DNA from: Lytechinus pictus
Taxonomy: Eukaryota
Assembly (NCBI RefSeq): GCF_037042905.1
Contig: NC_087250.1
Location: 27,530,001 to 27,594,000, forward strand
Reading direction: 5' to 3'
DNA length: 64,000 nucleotides
Each line of letters starts with the position of its first letter. Position 1 is the first letter of the stretch. The position numbers and the translations under genes are program-made. Under the pieces are notes generated by a model. It was not told where the DNA came from, searched no databases, and saw only the letters and a list, made by a program, of their open reading frames with translations. Below are positions 1 through 12,501 of this stretch, in pieces.

Positions 1-634
1 TTTAGCCCCCTAAATGTGCATGCGCCGGGTCAAGTCAGTTTTTATCTGATCGCCCGAGTCAAGTTCTACAAGTTAGGATACGTGGTTACCCTGGCTAGGC
101 CGTCGGGATATCCCTGGGGCCCCTTGAAAAAATACTTTATTTTAATTTAAAAAATGCGATAAATAGCCCTTTATTCCCTTTAATTTTGTTAATTTTAGCC
201 CCCTAAATGTGCATGCGCCGGGTCAAATCAGTTTTTATCTGATCGCCCGAGTCAAGTTCTATAAGTTAGGATACGTGGTTACCCTGGCTAGGCCGTCAGG
301 ATATCCCTGGGGGCCCCTTGAAAAAATACTTTATTTAAATCATCTAAAAATGCGATAAATATCCCTTTATTCCCTTTAATTTTGTTTAATTTGAGCCCCC
401 TAAATGTGCATGCGCCGGGTCAAATCAGTGTTTAACTGGTTGCCCGTGTCGAGCTCTACAAGTTAGGGTACGTGGTTACCCTGGCTAGGCCGTCGGGATA
501 TCCCTGGGGCGCCCCTTGAAAAATTACTTTATTACACACACACCGCCAAAAATGGCCGGTGCCCCCCCTGAAAAAGCAAGGACCCCCCATTGCCCCCCCT
601 CCGGGGGGGGGGGGGAATCCTAGCTACGCCACTG
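1..634. mobile_element. Right end of a non-autonomous DNA transposon (CAGTGGCGTAGC-type terminus) with an internal ~195-bp tandem repeat; left part lies outside the window
   Basis: About 2.7 copies of a unit starting tttagccccctaaatgtgcatgcgccggg (at ~1, ~194, ~390). The region ends in tcctagctacgccactg at 634, the reverse complement of the CAGTGGCGTA terminus also seen at 29566/30532. Confidence 0.65.
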
Positions 635-710
635 TCTGTGAAGATCCGAAAACGCTGGAAATTAAAAGCTACGGAGCCCGAGAGGGGACATGCATTAACA
701 TTTTTTTTTT

Positions 711-1196
711 AATAAGTCGTTCCCACCACTTATAAGTCGTTCCCACCACTTATAAGTCGTTCCCACCACTTATAAGTCGTTACCACCACTTATAAGTCGT
801 TCCCACCTCTTATAAGTCGTTCCCACCACTTATAAGTCGTTCCCACCACTTATAAGTCGTTCCCACCACTTATAAGTCGTTCCCACCACTTATAAGTCGT
901 TCCCACCACTTATAAGTCGTTACCACCACTTATAAGTCGTTCCCACCACTTATAAGTCGTTCCCACCACTTATAAGTCGTTACCACCACTTATAAGTCGT
1001 TCCCACCACTTATAAGTCGTTCCCACCACTTATAAGTCGTTCCCACCACTTATAAGTCGTTCCCACCACTTATAAGTCGTTACCACCACTTATAAGTCGT
1101 TCCCACCACTTATAAGTCGTTCCCACCACTTATAAGTCGTTACCACCACTTATAAGTCGTTCCCACCACTTATAAGTCGTTCCCACCACTTATAAG
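711..1196 (+). repeat. 20-bp subterminal tandem array (tataagtcgttcccaccact) x24
   Basis: Read directly; no spacers; occasional c>a variant units. Confidence 0.98.
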
Positions 1197-1308
1197 CCGG
1201 TTAGCCATCGCCGGCGAGCTCCTCCTTCAGCGCTTAGCCATCCGAATGTATGCAGCTTGATTGTTTTGAAGCTAGCTAGGGCTTGGCCTTGGCTTGAGTA
1301 GCCTTAAG

Positions 1309-1362
1309 GGCTTGGTGATAATGTGAAATATTGATATCAATATTTCACATTATCACCAAGCC
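1309..1362. repeat. 54-bp perfect palindrome within the element arm (mirror copy at ~3819-3872)
   Basis: ggcttggtgataatgtgaaatattgat|atcaatatttcacattatcaccaagcc. Confidence 0.95.
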
Positions 1363-1710
1363 TTGAGTGACGTAGGCCTATAGCTCTAGACACAAAAATC
1401 CGTCTGTTCTCCTCAGAACAGATTTTTCTGTCTAGCCTAGCCGACGCTAGTTCGGAATCGTATCTAGATTTGACCCATAACTCCGGCGTGGAGACATCCT
1501 ACTAAAACATACCCAAAATCAAGAGTAGGCCCATAATAATTATTTTCTTAATTAAAAATACCTCACTAAACATTTATATACCGTGGTCATATCTACCAAT
1601 CTCTTCTTAATATCATGATTAATCAACCTCGATCCATATATAGGGAGAGAGTTGGATCAAGAGAGGAATCGAGAGAAGGGGGGGGGGGGAGGGGGGTCCT
1701 GTTATAACTA

Positions 1711-3472
1711 CAGTGCGTCTCAAAAAAACTATACACTTTTGAAAGGGCTACCAAACAAAAGATATGTCACTTTGGGGGAATATACCTACATATATGGAAA
1801 GCCAATGAAGTCAACTTTCAGATGACACCAAAAAGTTGGAAAACTATTCATGCTTGAGTGAGCACTACCCATTAAACAAAGGGTATGAAAATTAGGGATT
1901 GGCAGGAATTAGCCTTTCAATTTCTGTCAGTTTTTGAGAGGCGAGTCCCTCGGAACTTGTTAACTTAAATTAATTTAATTTAAATTAATGGTCATTTATG
2001 ATCGATTTAAATTGTTGAAGCAAATTTCATGAATTATCAAATTGAAATTTCATGCATGAGTGATCGTGAATTGCACTCTTTAGTGCAGTATTTTAACTTT
2101 ACAATGTGGATCTCAGCCCCGATCTTAGCAGTGCATTCATTTGTGTCAGGAGAATAGGGTTAAGAAACGACTTCAGTGGGTGAAGTAAGCTGATGGGGAA
2201 AAGGTTCAACAGAACGTTTAGCCTCCCTCCTTCAGGTCCGCCCCCCCCCCCTCCTCCTGTTGAGATTGAGACTGATTGCTATTACATGCACGCATTAAGT
2301 CCAGAGTGGACTGTCAATTTGATAATAAATTCTGAAAATTAGGTCATCAACTTTCACTTATCAATCATTCAATCAATAATTTGTTAGTAAATCAACTCAA
2401 TGTGATCAATCAATTATTCACCTTTTTCAATAAATTATCAATCAAACATTCAGCTTTTTCAAAAAATTATTTCATAAATCACCATAATTAATCAAGATCT
2501 TAATAATCATTCAATTGAAAAGAAAGACCCATCAACCATAAGTCACGAGGCATTTAAGTTTTTAATACCATCCAGGAAAAGAAAGGAGTGGAGGGCGGGG
2601 GTGAGTACATGACATGTAATTTGTATTAAAGGTAACACAAAGAAGAATGCCCCTTTAACCCAGTCTTATCCTATCTCATCCCCTTGCATGTAAGAGGTAC
2701 AATCACACTACTCTAACTCTCACAAGCAAACTTGCCAAGATCCACATAATAAACTAAAAATGCTACACTAAAATTACAATTGCTGTTTACTCATGTATTA
2801 CATTTCAATTTTGTAACTTGCGTAAGAAACCAAAACTGATCTCAATTCATCAGTAATTTAGCATAACATCCTACCCTTAACTTTGCAAGTTCCAAAGGAC
2901 TCACCTCTAAAAAACCACTGGAAGGCTAATTCCTGCTCCCCTTAACAAAGGCTAGTCTCTCAGGAGGGGTGGAAGGGGTACAGAGAAAGAGGGAGGGGGG
3001 GGGGGGTTAAGTGATCTGTTGACCCTTATCCCATCAACCTACTTCCCCCACCTAAGTCCTATCCCTTCCATGATCACATTGCTGAGATCCACGTGAAAAA
3101 GTTAAAAATTGTATTTTATGTTCTCTCATGCATTAATTTCAATTTAATTATTCTTGAAATTTGCTCTAAAACCTAAATTGATAAATGCTTGATAGTCGAT
3201 TTATCAGAACACCCCCAACTTTGCAAGTTCCAAGGGACTCGCCTCTCAAAAACTGACAGAAATTGAAAGGCTAATTCCTGCCCACCCTAATTTTCATACC
3301 CTTTGTTTAAGTGGGTAGTGCTCACTCAAGCATGAATAGTTTTCCAACTTTTTGGTGTCATCTGAAAGTTGACTTCATTGGCTTTCCATATATGTAGGTA
3401 TATTCCCCCAAAGTGACATATCTTTTGTTTGGTAGCCCTTTCAAAAGTGTATAGTTTTTTTGAGACGCACTG
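1711..3472. mobile_element. Tc1/mariner-like non-autonomous element with long TIRs
   Basis: TA|CAGTGCGTCTCAAAAAAA...TTTTTTTGAGACGCACTG|TA; ~245-bp near-perfect TIRs plus degenerate internal inverted and direct repeats; no ORF. Confidence 0.9.
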
Positions 3473-3984
3473 TAGTTATAACAGGACCCCCTCCCCCCCC
3501 CCCTTCTCTCGATTCCTCTCTTGATCCAACTCTCTCCCTATATATGGATCGAGGTTGAGTAATCATGATATTAAGAAGAGATTGGTAGATATGACCACGG
3601 TATATAAATGTTTAGTGAGGTATTCTTAATTAAGAAAATAATTATTATGGGCCTACTCTTGATTTTGGGTATGTTTTAGTAGGATGTCTCCACGCCGGAG
3701 TTATGGGTCAAATTTAGATACGATTCCGAACTAGCGTCGGCTAGGCTAGACAGAAAAATCTGTTCTGAGGAGAACAGACGGATTTTTGTGTCTAGAGCTA
3801 TAGGCCTACGTCACTCAAGGCTTGGTGATAATGTGAAATATTGATATCAATATTTCACATTATCACCAAGCCCTTAAGGCTACTCAAGCCAAGGCCAAGC
3901 CCTAGCTAGCTTCAAAACAATCAAGCTGCATACATTCGGATGGCTAAGCGCTGAAGGAGGAGCTCGCCGGCGATGGCTAACCGG

Positions 3985-4290
3985 CTTATAAGTGGTGAGA
4001 ACGACTTATAAGTGGTGGGAACGACTTATAAGTGGTGGTAACGACTTATAAGTGGTGGGAACGACTTATAAGTGGTGGGAACGACTTATAAGTGGTGGGA
4101 ACGACTTATAAGTGGTGGGAACGACTTATAAGTGGTGGTAACGACTTATAAGTGGTGGGAACGACTTATAAGTGGTGGGAACGACTTATAAGTGGTGGGA
4201 ACGACTTATAAGTGGTGGGAACGACTTATAAGTGGTGGGAACGACTTATAAGTGGTGGGAACGACTTATAAGTGGTGGGAACGACTTATT
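3985..4290 (-). repeat. Inverted copy of the 20-bp array, x15
   Basis: agtggtgggaacgacttata units, the reverse complement of 711-1196. Confidence 0.98.
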
Positions 4291-5908
4291 AAAAAAAAAT
4301 TGTCATGCATGTCCCCTCCCGGGCTCCGTAAAAAGCCATGTTAACGTGAATTTTTGTTGCATGTGGTCGTAACATAAAGCTATTACGTAATAGCTTCATG
4401 GTCGTATCATGCATGCACTGTACTGCGTGCCCGTGTGTATAACGTATTTCGATATGGCTGTTGGTTGTGCGAAAGACGAAATCAGAGAGCAGGAAGTGGA
4501 AAGCGAACTACCCGATTTCGTTTTCGCTGTCTGCGTTTTTCCAAACAGAATCAGGGGGTAGAAAGCGTGTTCTGATTTTGTTTTTAATATATAACAAACA
4601 CAGGTATAGAATGAGGTATCAGAGAGGACCAAAAGTATTTCTGATTTCATTCTTCTGTTTTTGATCTCCAAAAATGAAATCACAACAGGTTTTTCTCGTT
4701 GTGATTTCGTTTTTGTGTTTTCAGAGACCAAACCATGAGGTTGATTTCCGTTTTTGCTCTACGAAAATCAGGAATGAAAAACGAATTATCCATTAGTACC
4801 CTGATTATCCAGGCAACCAGGCATATCTGAATACCTACGTAGCGAGAAAGCAAGTTCGCGAGAGTCGGCAGTCACAGAGGAAGAAACAAACACAGATGCA
4901 ACAGCTTCAGGAGATGAAGAAGAATCCGACTCGTATCTATCTCCCGAAACACCGAGCCCTAAAAAACAAGGGGAAAACCCCGTCAAGCGTAGGAGAAAAC
5001 AGAAAAAATGAAGAAAAAAAAATTGAACAGTAATTATTCTTGAAAGGTGCAGAGATGGTCCATATCTGTTCTAACTTGAAAACGCAGAATCTACACCTCA
5101 TTTCTCTTAATGTCAGAGGCATTCGGAATAAAGTAAAACGAGGCGTTATATTCCCATGGTTATCTTTTCAAAAAGCGAATGTAATTTTATTACAAGAAAC
5201 CTTCTTAAAGTATACACACAAAGAAAATTCACGAAAGTGATGATTATAGACAAATTATATATGAATGGAAAGGTCTTGTCTTTTTATACACAAATATGTC
5301 ACTAAAAAGTCTTATCGATGTCGTGGAAATGCAAGAAATGAAATTATTAGAGACCATTCTAAGCCCCCCAGCCGCCCCCCAGACCGACAGTTCACGCAGT
5401 GAAAACAGTCGAGAATAATGACGTCACACAATAATCGAGCTCATCATCCCTCTGTGCATAATAGTACACTGAATCACCTTACTGACCTCTTCAATATCTT
5501 CCGAATTTACCGTTTTCTTCATGTAATGTGACATCCGAATTCTGTTTTCGACAACTTCAGACTATAAGGGAACCAGAACTGTGTTATTTTGCCCGTTTTT
5601 TATTGAATTGTGAACTGGAAAGATCGATTTTGTCCACTCGACAGTCTTCGTTGTGTTGCTCTACTAACTATTGAAAAACTCCAAGCTGCACGGTCCCATT
5701 CACTTGCTCCCGATGCATGTTGCAGGCTACGCTGTTTGATCCAGTCAAAAGTCAAGGTAAGCATGTTTGGAAACTGTACTTGTTCTGACGATGCATTCAG
5801 GTCAGATGACAGATACAGATCTGATATAAGTTTAGAATCATGCATTTTGGCATAACTACTATTAAAATTAAAAAGTTTTTATTTTAGAAATAATGTTTTT
5901 GTACAATT

Positions 5909-6524
5909 CCACCCAAGGCAAGGGTTCATTACATGCCGCCACGCACAGAAAAATCAAGCCATAGAAGTCGTGTGTTGTGGACCCAAGAAGTGAGATCCCA
6001 GACGCCTCCAGGCTAAGCACGCGCGACCCACTAGTTAGAAATCCACTGCCAAACGCGGTTCGTGGTGCGGGGTTAGTATACTTAATACGTGTGAGTGGCA
6101 CAATTCCAGCAGATTTTTTCTTCAGATTTCTAAAACTGGTCAGGACTCAGGCAGGCAATTAAATTATTTAGGAGCACTGAGTGGTATGGACCATGGCTGA
6201 AAATCTGCTGTTTCAGAGGAATGTTTAAGTTTTTATTATACACAGAATTATATCACCATGATGCCGATGTCATGAAGCCAGACAAATTTTCAGCAGTGAT
6301 TACCCTGATTCCTGGCCAAAATCACTCACACGTATTGCGAGGTTAGTATTAGTATACTACTAGTACGTATTGCGAGGTTAGTATTAGTATACTAACCACG
6401 AACCGCGTTTGGCAGTGGATTTCTAACTAGTGGGTCGCGCGTGCTGGGATCTCACTTCTTGGGTCCACGACTTCTATTGCTTGAATTTTCTGTGCGCGGC
6501 GGCATGTAATGAACCCTTGGGTGG
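5909..6524. repeat. Imperfect inverted repeat (~190-bp arms, ~225-bp loop), MITE-like
   Basis: 5909-6097 is the reverse complement of 6323-6524 with small indels. Confidence 0.8.
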
Positions 6525-6647
6525 GCCAAAATTAGAGTCTGGTGTTTCTTTCTGATTAGAGTGTTGCTGCATATATGTATGCGTAATGCCTTCAACAATG
6601 AAGATAAATGCAATCTTTGTAATGACACAGAGACTCAGAGAGCACCG

Positions 6648-6804
6648 TACCTCAAGTGATGTTCGTGTAGTCTCCACTTCACTACTGGAGTACTGCTACA
6701 GCCTATACTACGCTACACACTTACCCGGGTAGGTGTGGCGTACATGTACGGTAGTGTAGCGGTAGTGAAGTGGAGTGGGGCCTACACAAACATCACTTGA
6801 GGTA
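6648..6804. mobile_element. 157-bp hairpin MITE, hAT-like (8-bp TSD)
   Basis: TACCTCAAGTGATGTT...AACATCACTTGAGGTA flanked by gagcaccg / gagcacca. Confidence 0.7.
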
Positions 6805-7769
6805 GAGCACCAGTGTTCTGAGTGGAACTTTTCAGGTGTCTAAACCTACTATCATTTGTTGTTGACTGGGAATTACATGCCACCGCACGTCATCAATCAT
6901 CACGATAATTAAATTCATACTTTGATTTGATTATTTAAACTATTTCTTTTTTTCTCTCTTCTACACACAGATCTGCACAATTGCTAACTCTGGTGACTTC
7001 TGGTCTCTGCTTGCTACCTCAATCTGGGAGATTCCATCATGTCCTTTTACTATGATTTGGATATAGCCATTTTTTTCTTCACTCTTTCCAGGACCTACGG
7101 TTTGCAAGATGTGGAATGATAATGATACAAAAGAAAAAATTTCTTTATCAATCTTGGAAACAATTTTGAGCACAGTTTTGGAGAGAACTAAGAAATTTTA
7201 CTCGGACAGGAATACAGCTTGTCAAAAATAATAACACACAATTTAAAACGAAAGAACAATTTTAATGTTACTAGGGCATTTTGCGAGAAATGTTATACTC
7301 AATCACACGTCCCAAATCAAGGGAAAGTCCTTTGATTAAACATGTAGTTGAATTGCGATTGCAACTCGACCTTATTACGCTTGAATTTGAATTTAAGACT
7401 TACGCTTGATTTGCAATTGAACATAAGTTTCTTGCAGTGCCCCATAATTATGTTTTGTTATCAGATATTTAACGTGCTGATTTTTCTCGAAAGGTATAAT
7501 ATATTTGTCCTTTTAAACGGTATTTGAATATGGGTACGCCTTTTATTTGTTTTCCACAATATTTATTGCATGTATGAACAGAAGTGAAATATTTATTGTG
7601 AAGCACTGTGAATGTTGTGTGATGGTTCATCATCAGACTGAAAGCCTGGTGGATGTGAGGAAGTGGCCTGGATGAAAGAAAAGTGAACATGTGTCCAATT
7701 ACTGATTTGCATATTCTAAGACAATTTTGTTTCTGGATAAATTTTGCTATGCATTCCCTACATTAAGAG

Positions 7770-8106
7770 TAAAGGAGAAGTCCACGCAATCAAAAATTCA
7801 TTTGAATTTAAAGAAAAATAACAAGATATTGCAGGAAATTTCATAAAAACTTTGATTCAAATTTATATAATTACTATTTTAACAGTTCCGTAAATATAAC
7901 CTATTGTGATCAGATGAAGAGTTTCCTATCGTCAAATCTGCAAAGAATAAAAAACAAAATGCCACAAAAAATAGAAACGAATGTGATGTGAGTGACAACT
8001 CTAATTTGCATATCATTGTTTTGTGTATATGACTGTTTTGAGTAAAAACAACAAGGGAAATCACTCTATTCAAATAATTTTTAGTTGATGTGGACTTGAC
8101 TTTTAA
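7770..8106. mobile_element. Degenerate TTAA-type MITE related to 23450-24050
   Basis: taaaggagaagtccac...gtggacttgacttttaa termini and similar internal sequence. Confidence 0.55.
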
Positions 8107-8296
8107 CTCTACCCCTCCCATCCCAAATAAGAGTAGAAATAATCTAATCAAGAACTTGAAAATCAAAAGCAGCAATTAAGAAGCAAGATTTGATAAATAC
8201 AGGTCTGAATAGAATTTCACAAGAAAATAAAAAGAGAAAAAAAAGATGGGTAGGGACGGGGAAGGAATACAAAAAAAATACCCAGAAAAAAAAAAT

Positions 8297-8359
8297 CCGA
8301 GTTTCGAACCAGGGTCCTCGCACATGACAAAACAATGGCCAACGCATTTGGCCACAGAC
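8297..8359 (-). pseudogene. tRNA-like Pol III cassette (degenerate), followed by a T-run
   Basis: Minus strand gtctgtggccaaatgcgttgg...ggttcgaaactcgg has A-box-like and B-box motifs; acceptor stem not convincing. Confidence 0.5.
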
Positions 8360-10565
8360 CATCGCCCTAATAGGAAGGCATTTTTAAGATATATGAAAGA
8401 AAGTCCGCTCGCCGCTGTTTCCTAATAATGCTTCGGCAATTCAACTGCAATTTCAGTCATTTCGCGATGGATATTGCCGTGTTTTTTTTGTGATTCCTGA
8501 CTTTGCTACTTAATGAAATTTCATAATTTTTGTTCAGTCATAAAGAAGAATGTCTATGCTTTATATTGACTATAACATTAATGTGACGCAAGTGTGATTT
8601 CTACGTGAAAATATGCTTTGTTTATTCACCTATATTTCTTGAAAAAAAAAAAAAAATTCTAAGCTAAATATCGGTCACCAAAATACGTTAAATGTGCACT
8701 TTTTTTCACTGTTCAGTAAATTCAAACTTTTATCTATATAACAAGACCAATCTTAAGAGGAATAAACAATTCTAAGAGCAAAAAACGCTGATTGGAAAGA
8801 TCGTCTCCAATGGGCTGCTGTCAGCTCAGCTGCTCACTGCTCATTGTGTGACGTCACTCAGCTGGAGCTCGCAAGAGGACCGGTGGAAGGCAGAAATATG
8901 GCATGAAAATAAATCATTTTTGAGAGCTGATTTCTGCAATCTCTGATCACTATTTTGAAAAGTGAAGTTATATATCTGATTAGTAATACTTCCCCTTTAC
9001 AATGATGACCACATAAAGTCATTATAAAATACTTTTGATTCTTTGGATGTATACTTTAACAACTGAACTGGAATATGCGTTTAGATCATAAAAATGTGGT
9101 GAGCTGTGCTTTTTCAACCATGGAACAAATCATTCTAAAGGCGTTGTGACTATAATAAAAAAAAACAGGATAACATTGAAATACTCGAAACTTTTGTGAA
9201 ATTCGACGGAAGGGCAATCGCTGTAAGATTAAGTGTTAAGAAAAAAGTATACTTTCTTCTAAATGTTTATGCCCCTACTAAAAAATCTGAAAAAGAAATA
9301 TTTTTCAAGATAATGTATAACTGGATAAAAGATATAAAACAAAAGGGTGATTTACTCGTATTTGGAGGTGATTGGAACTGTGTACAAGATCCCAAGCTTG
9401 ATACCCAAGGTTGTTCACAGGCTTATAAACAAATTAAAGGGTTACAAAATATTCAGAATAAATTTAGTCTAAGTGACGTATGGCGAAAATGGTATCCACT
9501 CGGAAAACAATTTACCTGGCGTCAATTATCGTTAGGTATATCATCTCGACTTGATTACTGGTTGATTTCTTCATCATTGTATTGTAATGTCCAAAGTACT
9601 GATATCAGACCTGCAATCAAGTGTGATCACTGTGTCATATCACTAAAATTAAGGATAGAAAGTGTTACGAGAGGAACGGGGACATGGAAATTTAATAATT
9701 CATTATTACATGATTCTGTCTATAAGAAACATATTAAGTATATTATAAACTCTACATCATTTCAATGCTATATGAATGCAAGAACCAAATGGGACATTAT
9801 GTAAAAAATAAGGATTCGAGAGTTTACCATGAAATTCGGCAAGCAAAAGCAAATTGAAAAGATGGAATGGTATAAAAGAACGTACGAAATGTACATGTTA
9901 TTGTGCAGGAATGTTGACAGTGGTAATTACGAAAGAAACGACATAGCAAGAATGAACGATCTGAAAACAGATATTGAAAAATGGTATGCACATAGATGTA
10001 GGGGCGCATTTGTAAGATCTCGCGAACGGTGGATGGAATCTGGCGAAAGATCTAACAAGTATTTTCTCAATTTAGAAAAGAAAAATGGAAAACAAAAAGA
10101 AATTGACTGTATAAATAAAAATGGAAAAATTGTTACTGGTAATGGAAACGTTCTTAAAGAAATAACAAAATATTACAAAGACTTATACTAAAAAAAGTCT
10201 TTAAGTGTACATTCCGAAATAAAAAAGTACCTAAAAAATACAAATTTAACTACTCTTTCTGAGGATGATGCACTGGCTTGTGAAGGCTTAATAACAGAAA
10301 AGGAATGTTTTGAAGCGTTAAAAATAATGAGAAATAACAAATCTCCCGGCAGTGATGGACTAACTGCTGAATTATATCGGTGCTTCTGGGATGATTTAAA
10401 GTATATGTTGATCGATAGTTTAAACGAATGCTTTGAAAGTCAAGAGTTGTCTGAAAGCCAGAAACAGGCCGTCATTACACTGTTGCATAAAAAAGGTGAC
10501 AAGAGAGTAATAGACAACTGGAGACCAATTTCATTGTTGAACATTGACTACAAGATCCTTGCAAA

Positions 10566-12501
10566 GGGTGATTGCATTCGTGTCGTACGGGACATTTAGG
10601 GAACATTTGACAGTTTTTTGACAAGAAAAACTAAAAATATTCCAGTAACTAAATGTGATCATCAAGTACTACCAGAGTGTTAGAAAAACCAAGACTTAAC
10701 ATGACTTTAATTCACATCCTGTATAATACAGATTTAAAGTAGTAATGTGTCGTACGGACGCAGAAAAGGTGGCTTTTTTAGAAACCTCAAGTTTGTACTC
10801 TAAAGTCTGTGAGTTGGACAGATAATTTTCATAGAAACTGAACTAAAATTGATATTCAATTACCCAAGAACAAACACATCTATGAAAGAAAGCAAAATAA
10901 TCCTTCATGAATAAATAAAGCAAATTGCAATTTTCGAGAACATTGTGGGGTACGGGACACTCAAAATGTTACGGGACATTTCTAAATTGAAGCCAAACTT
11001 TCTTACTTTATGTCTCTTTGACTTCTTCAATCACTTTATTTGGCTGATGATAATGATAATCCTATCAAACTAAAGACATTAATTATGTTAGAAACCGCTA
11101 TTGGCTGAATATTTCTTTCAATTATCATAAACAAAAAAATGTGTCGTACGGGACACTTGTGTGTCGTACAGGACACTTCTGTGTCGTACGGGACACTTCT
11201 GTGTCGTACGGGACACTTGTGTGTTGTACGAAATGTTGTACTCGGCAGCCTGAATAAAACAATGACCTTTTTACTAATCAGAAGGGGAGCATTGCCCCTA
11301 AATTCTTCGTTTTTAATGAAAAGTCTTTTAATAAGTAGTCATTCAGGACAATATAATTAAGTAACCTCAATATATACAATCGGGAGCAATATGTTATCAT
11401 TTTTTTCATGATGGGAAATGTACAAGGGTTCACAGCATTTTTACGAGCTGAAAAATTTGAGGTTTTGTGTGAAGTTATATTTAGTGAATTAATTGATGCT
11501 TTCCAATACACTATTTAAACAATGAATGAATGAAACTCTTTGTGTAAATTATGGGGCTAAAATGTTATAATTTTTTACATAAAATGTTTATACACTAGCG
11601 TACCTACGGGGGGGGGGGGGGGCAGGGGAGGGGGCACTGTGCCCCCCCCCTGACGAGCCACAACCCATACAAAAGACATATACCTGCCCCCCCCCTGACG
11701 AGCTTGAAGACATTTATAGGGTGAATCAATTTTAAAGGTTTTCTTTTCATGCTCAATGATTAATTGGAGGGATTCACAAAAGAATACGCCTACATGAAAT
11801 CAATTAAAATGGTTAGAATCACCTATTTCATGTTCTATGGAGATAAAAAAGTTCTTTTTCAGTTCACTTTACGTCAAATCAATTACTTGAATTAAAATAG
11901 GTCTACTATTTATAGTTTCTGAATCCAAATCATGTAATTAAATGTAGTATATATTGTGTGTCGTACGGGACAACTATTAATAGGACGATTATTGACAAAT
12001 GAAGAACACTAATTAGATCCTTATGGGATAAATCGATCACCCATGGGTCAAAGATAGAGAAACTGATTTGGTGAAATTGCATCATCAAAAATAAAATTGT
12101 AAGAAAAACTTTTGCACTTTCATGTGTCGTACGGGACATTGCCAAAAATAGGTTCGGAAAAATCAGGGCTGCCGCTATTATGGAACATGAAAATGCTGTA
12201 GATATTATTTGGAACATTCAATGATACATTATTCCATTGACCTGCAATATTTTCAGTCTTCTCGTGCTTTGCCAATAGTTGTTTCAGGCAGTGTTTGTAC
12301 TTGACTATTTAATCAGCAAAATTATTGAAAATTGAAAATTCAATTTTCCCCCTAAAAAAACTATATCTGACTTTACTTTTGGTTAAAATTCATTATTTTC
12401 ATAAAATTTAGGTATCATAGTAAAATATTACACTAATTATGACTTTATTGAAAGCATGTTGAAATTTATGATATTTTTGAAGTTTTAGTGTGGAATCGCC
12501 C
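10566..12501. mobile_element. Non-autonomous DNA transposon (GGG ends, 3-bp TSD; PIF/Harbinger- or Zator-like) inserted in the LINE RT domain
   Basis: GGGTGATTGCA...TGGAATCGCCC; TSD AAA; empty site cttgcAAAagcac in copy 2 (~59020-59032). The motif gtgtcgtacgggaca recurs throughout, with a 20-bp tandem at 11140-11230. Confidence 0.85.

Larger units (their letters stand above)
670..4330. mobile_element. Foldback non-autonomous DNA transposon with IS3EU-like signature (TAYGG ends, 6-bp TSD)
   Basis: Termini TACGGAGCCC...GGGCTCCGTA; TSD AAAAGC at 664-669 and 4331-4336. Arms 670-1710 and 3473-4330 are near-perfect reverse complements. Confidence 0.85.
5209..9055. mobile_element. Kolobok-like non-autonomous element inserted in the LINE endonuclease domain
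   Basis: TTAA TSD (5205-5208, 9056-9059); TIR AGTATACACACAAAGAA / TTCTTTGGATGTATACT. The empty site cttcTTAAcaactg is present in LINE copy 2 (~57515-57528). Confidence 0.9.

Noticed and set aside
711..1196. CRISPR-like regular repeats (also 3985-4290, 13781-14374, 48281-48570, 51165-52550)
   Set aside because: Contiguous tandem units with no unique spacers, no cas genes, eukaryotic context; all lie within TIR elements.
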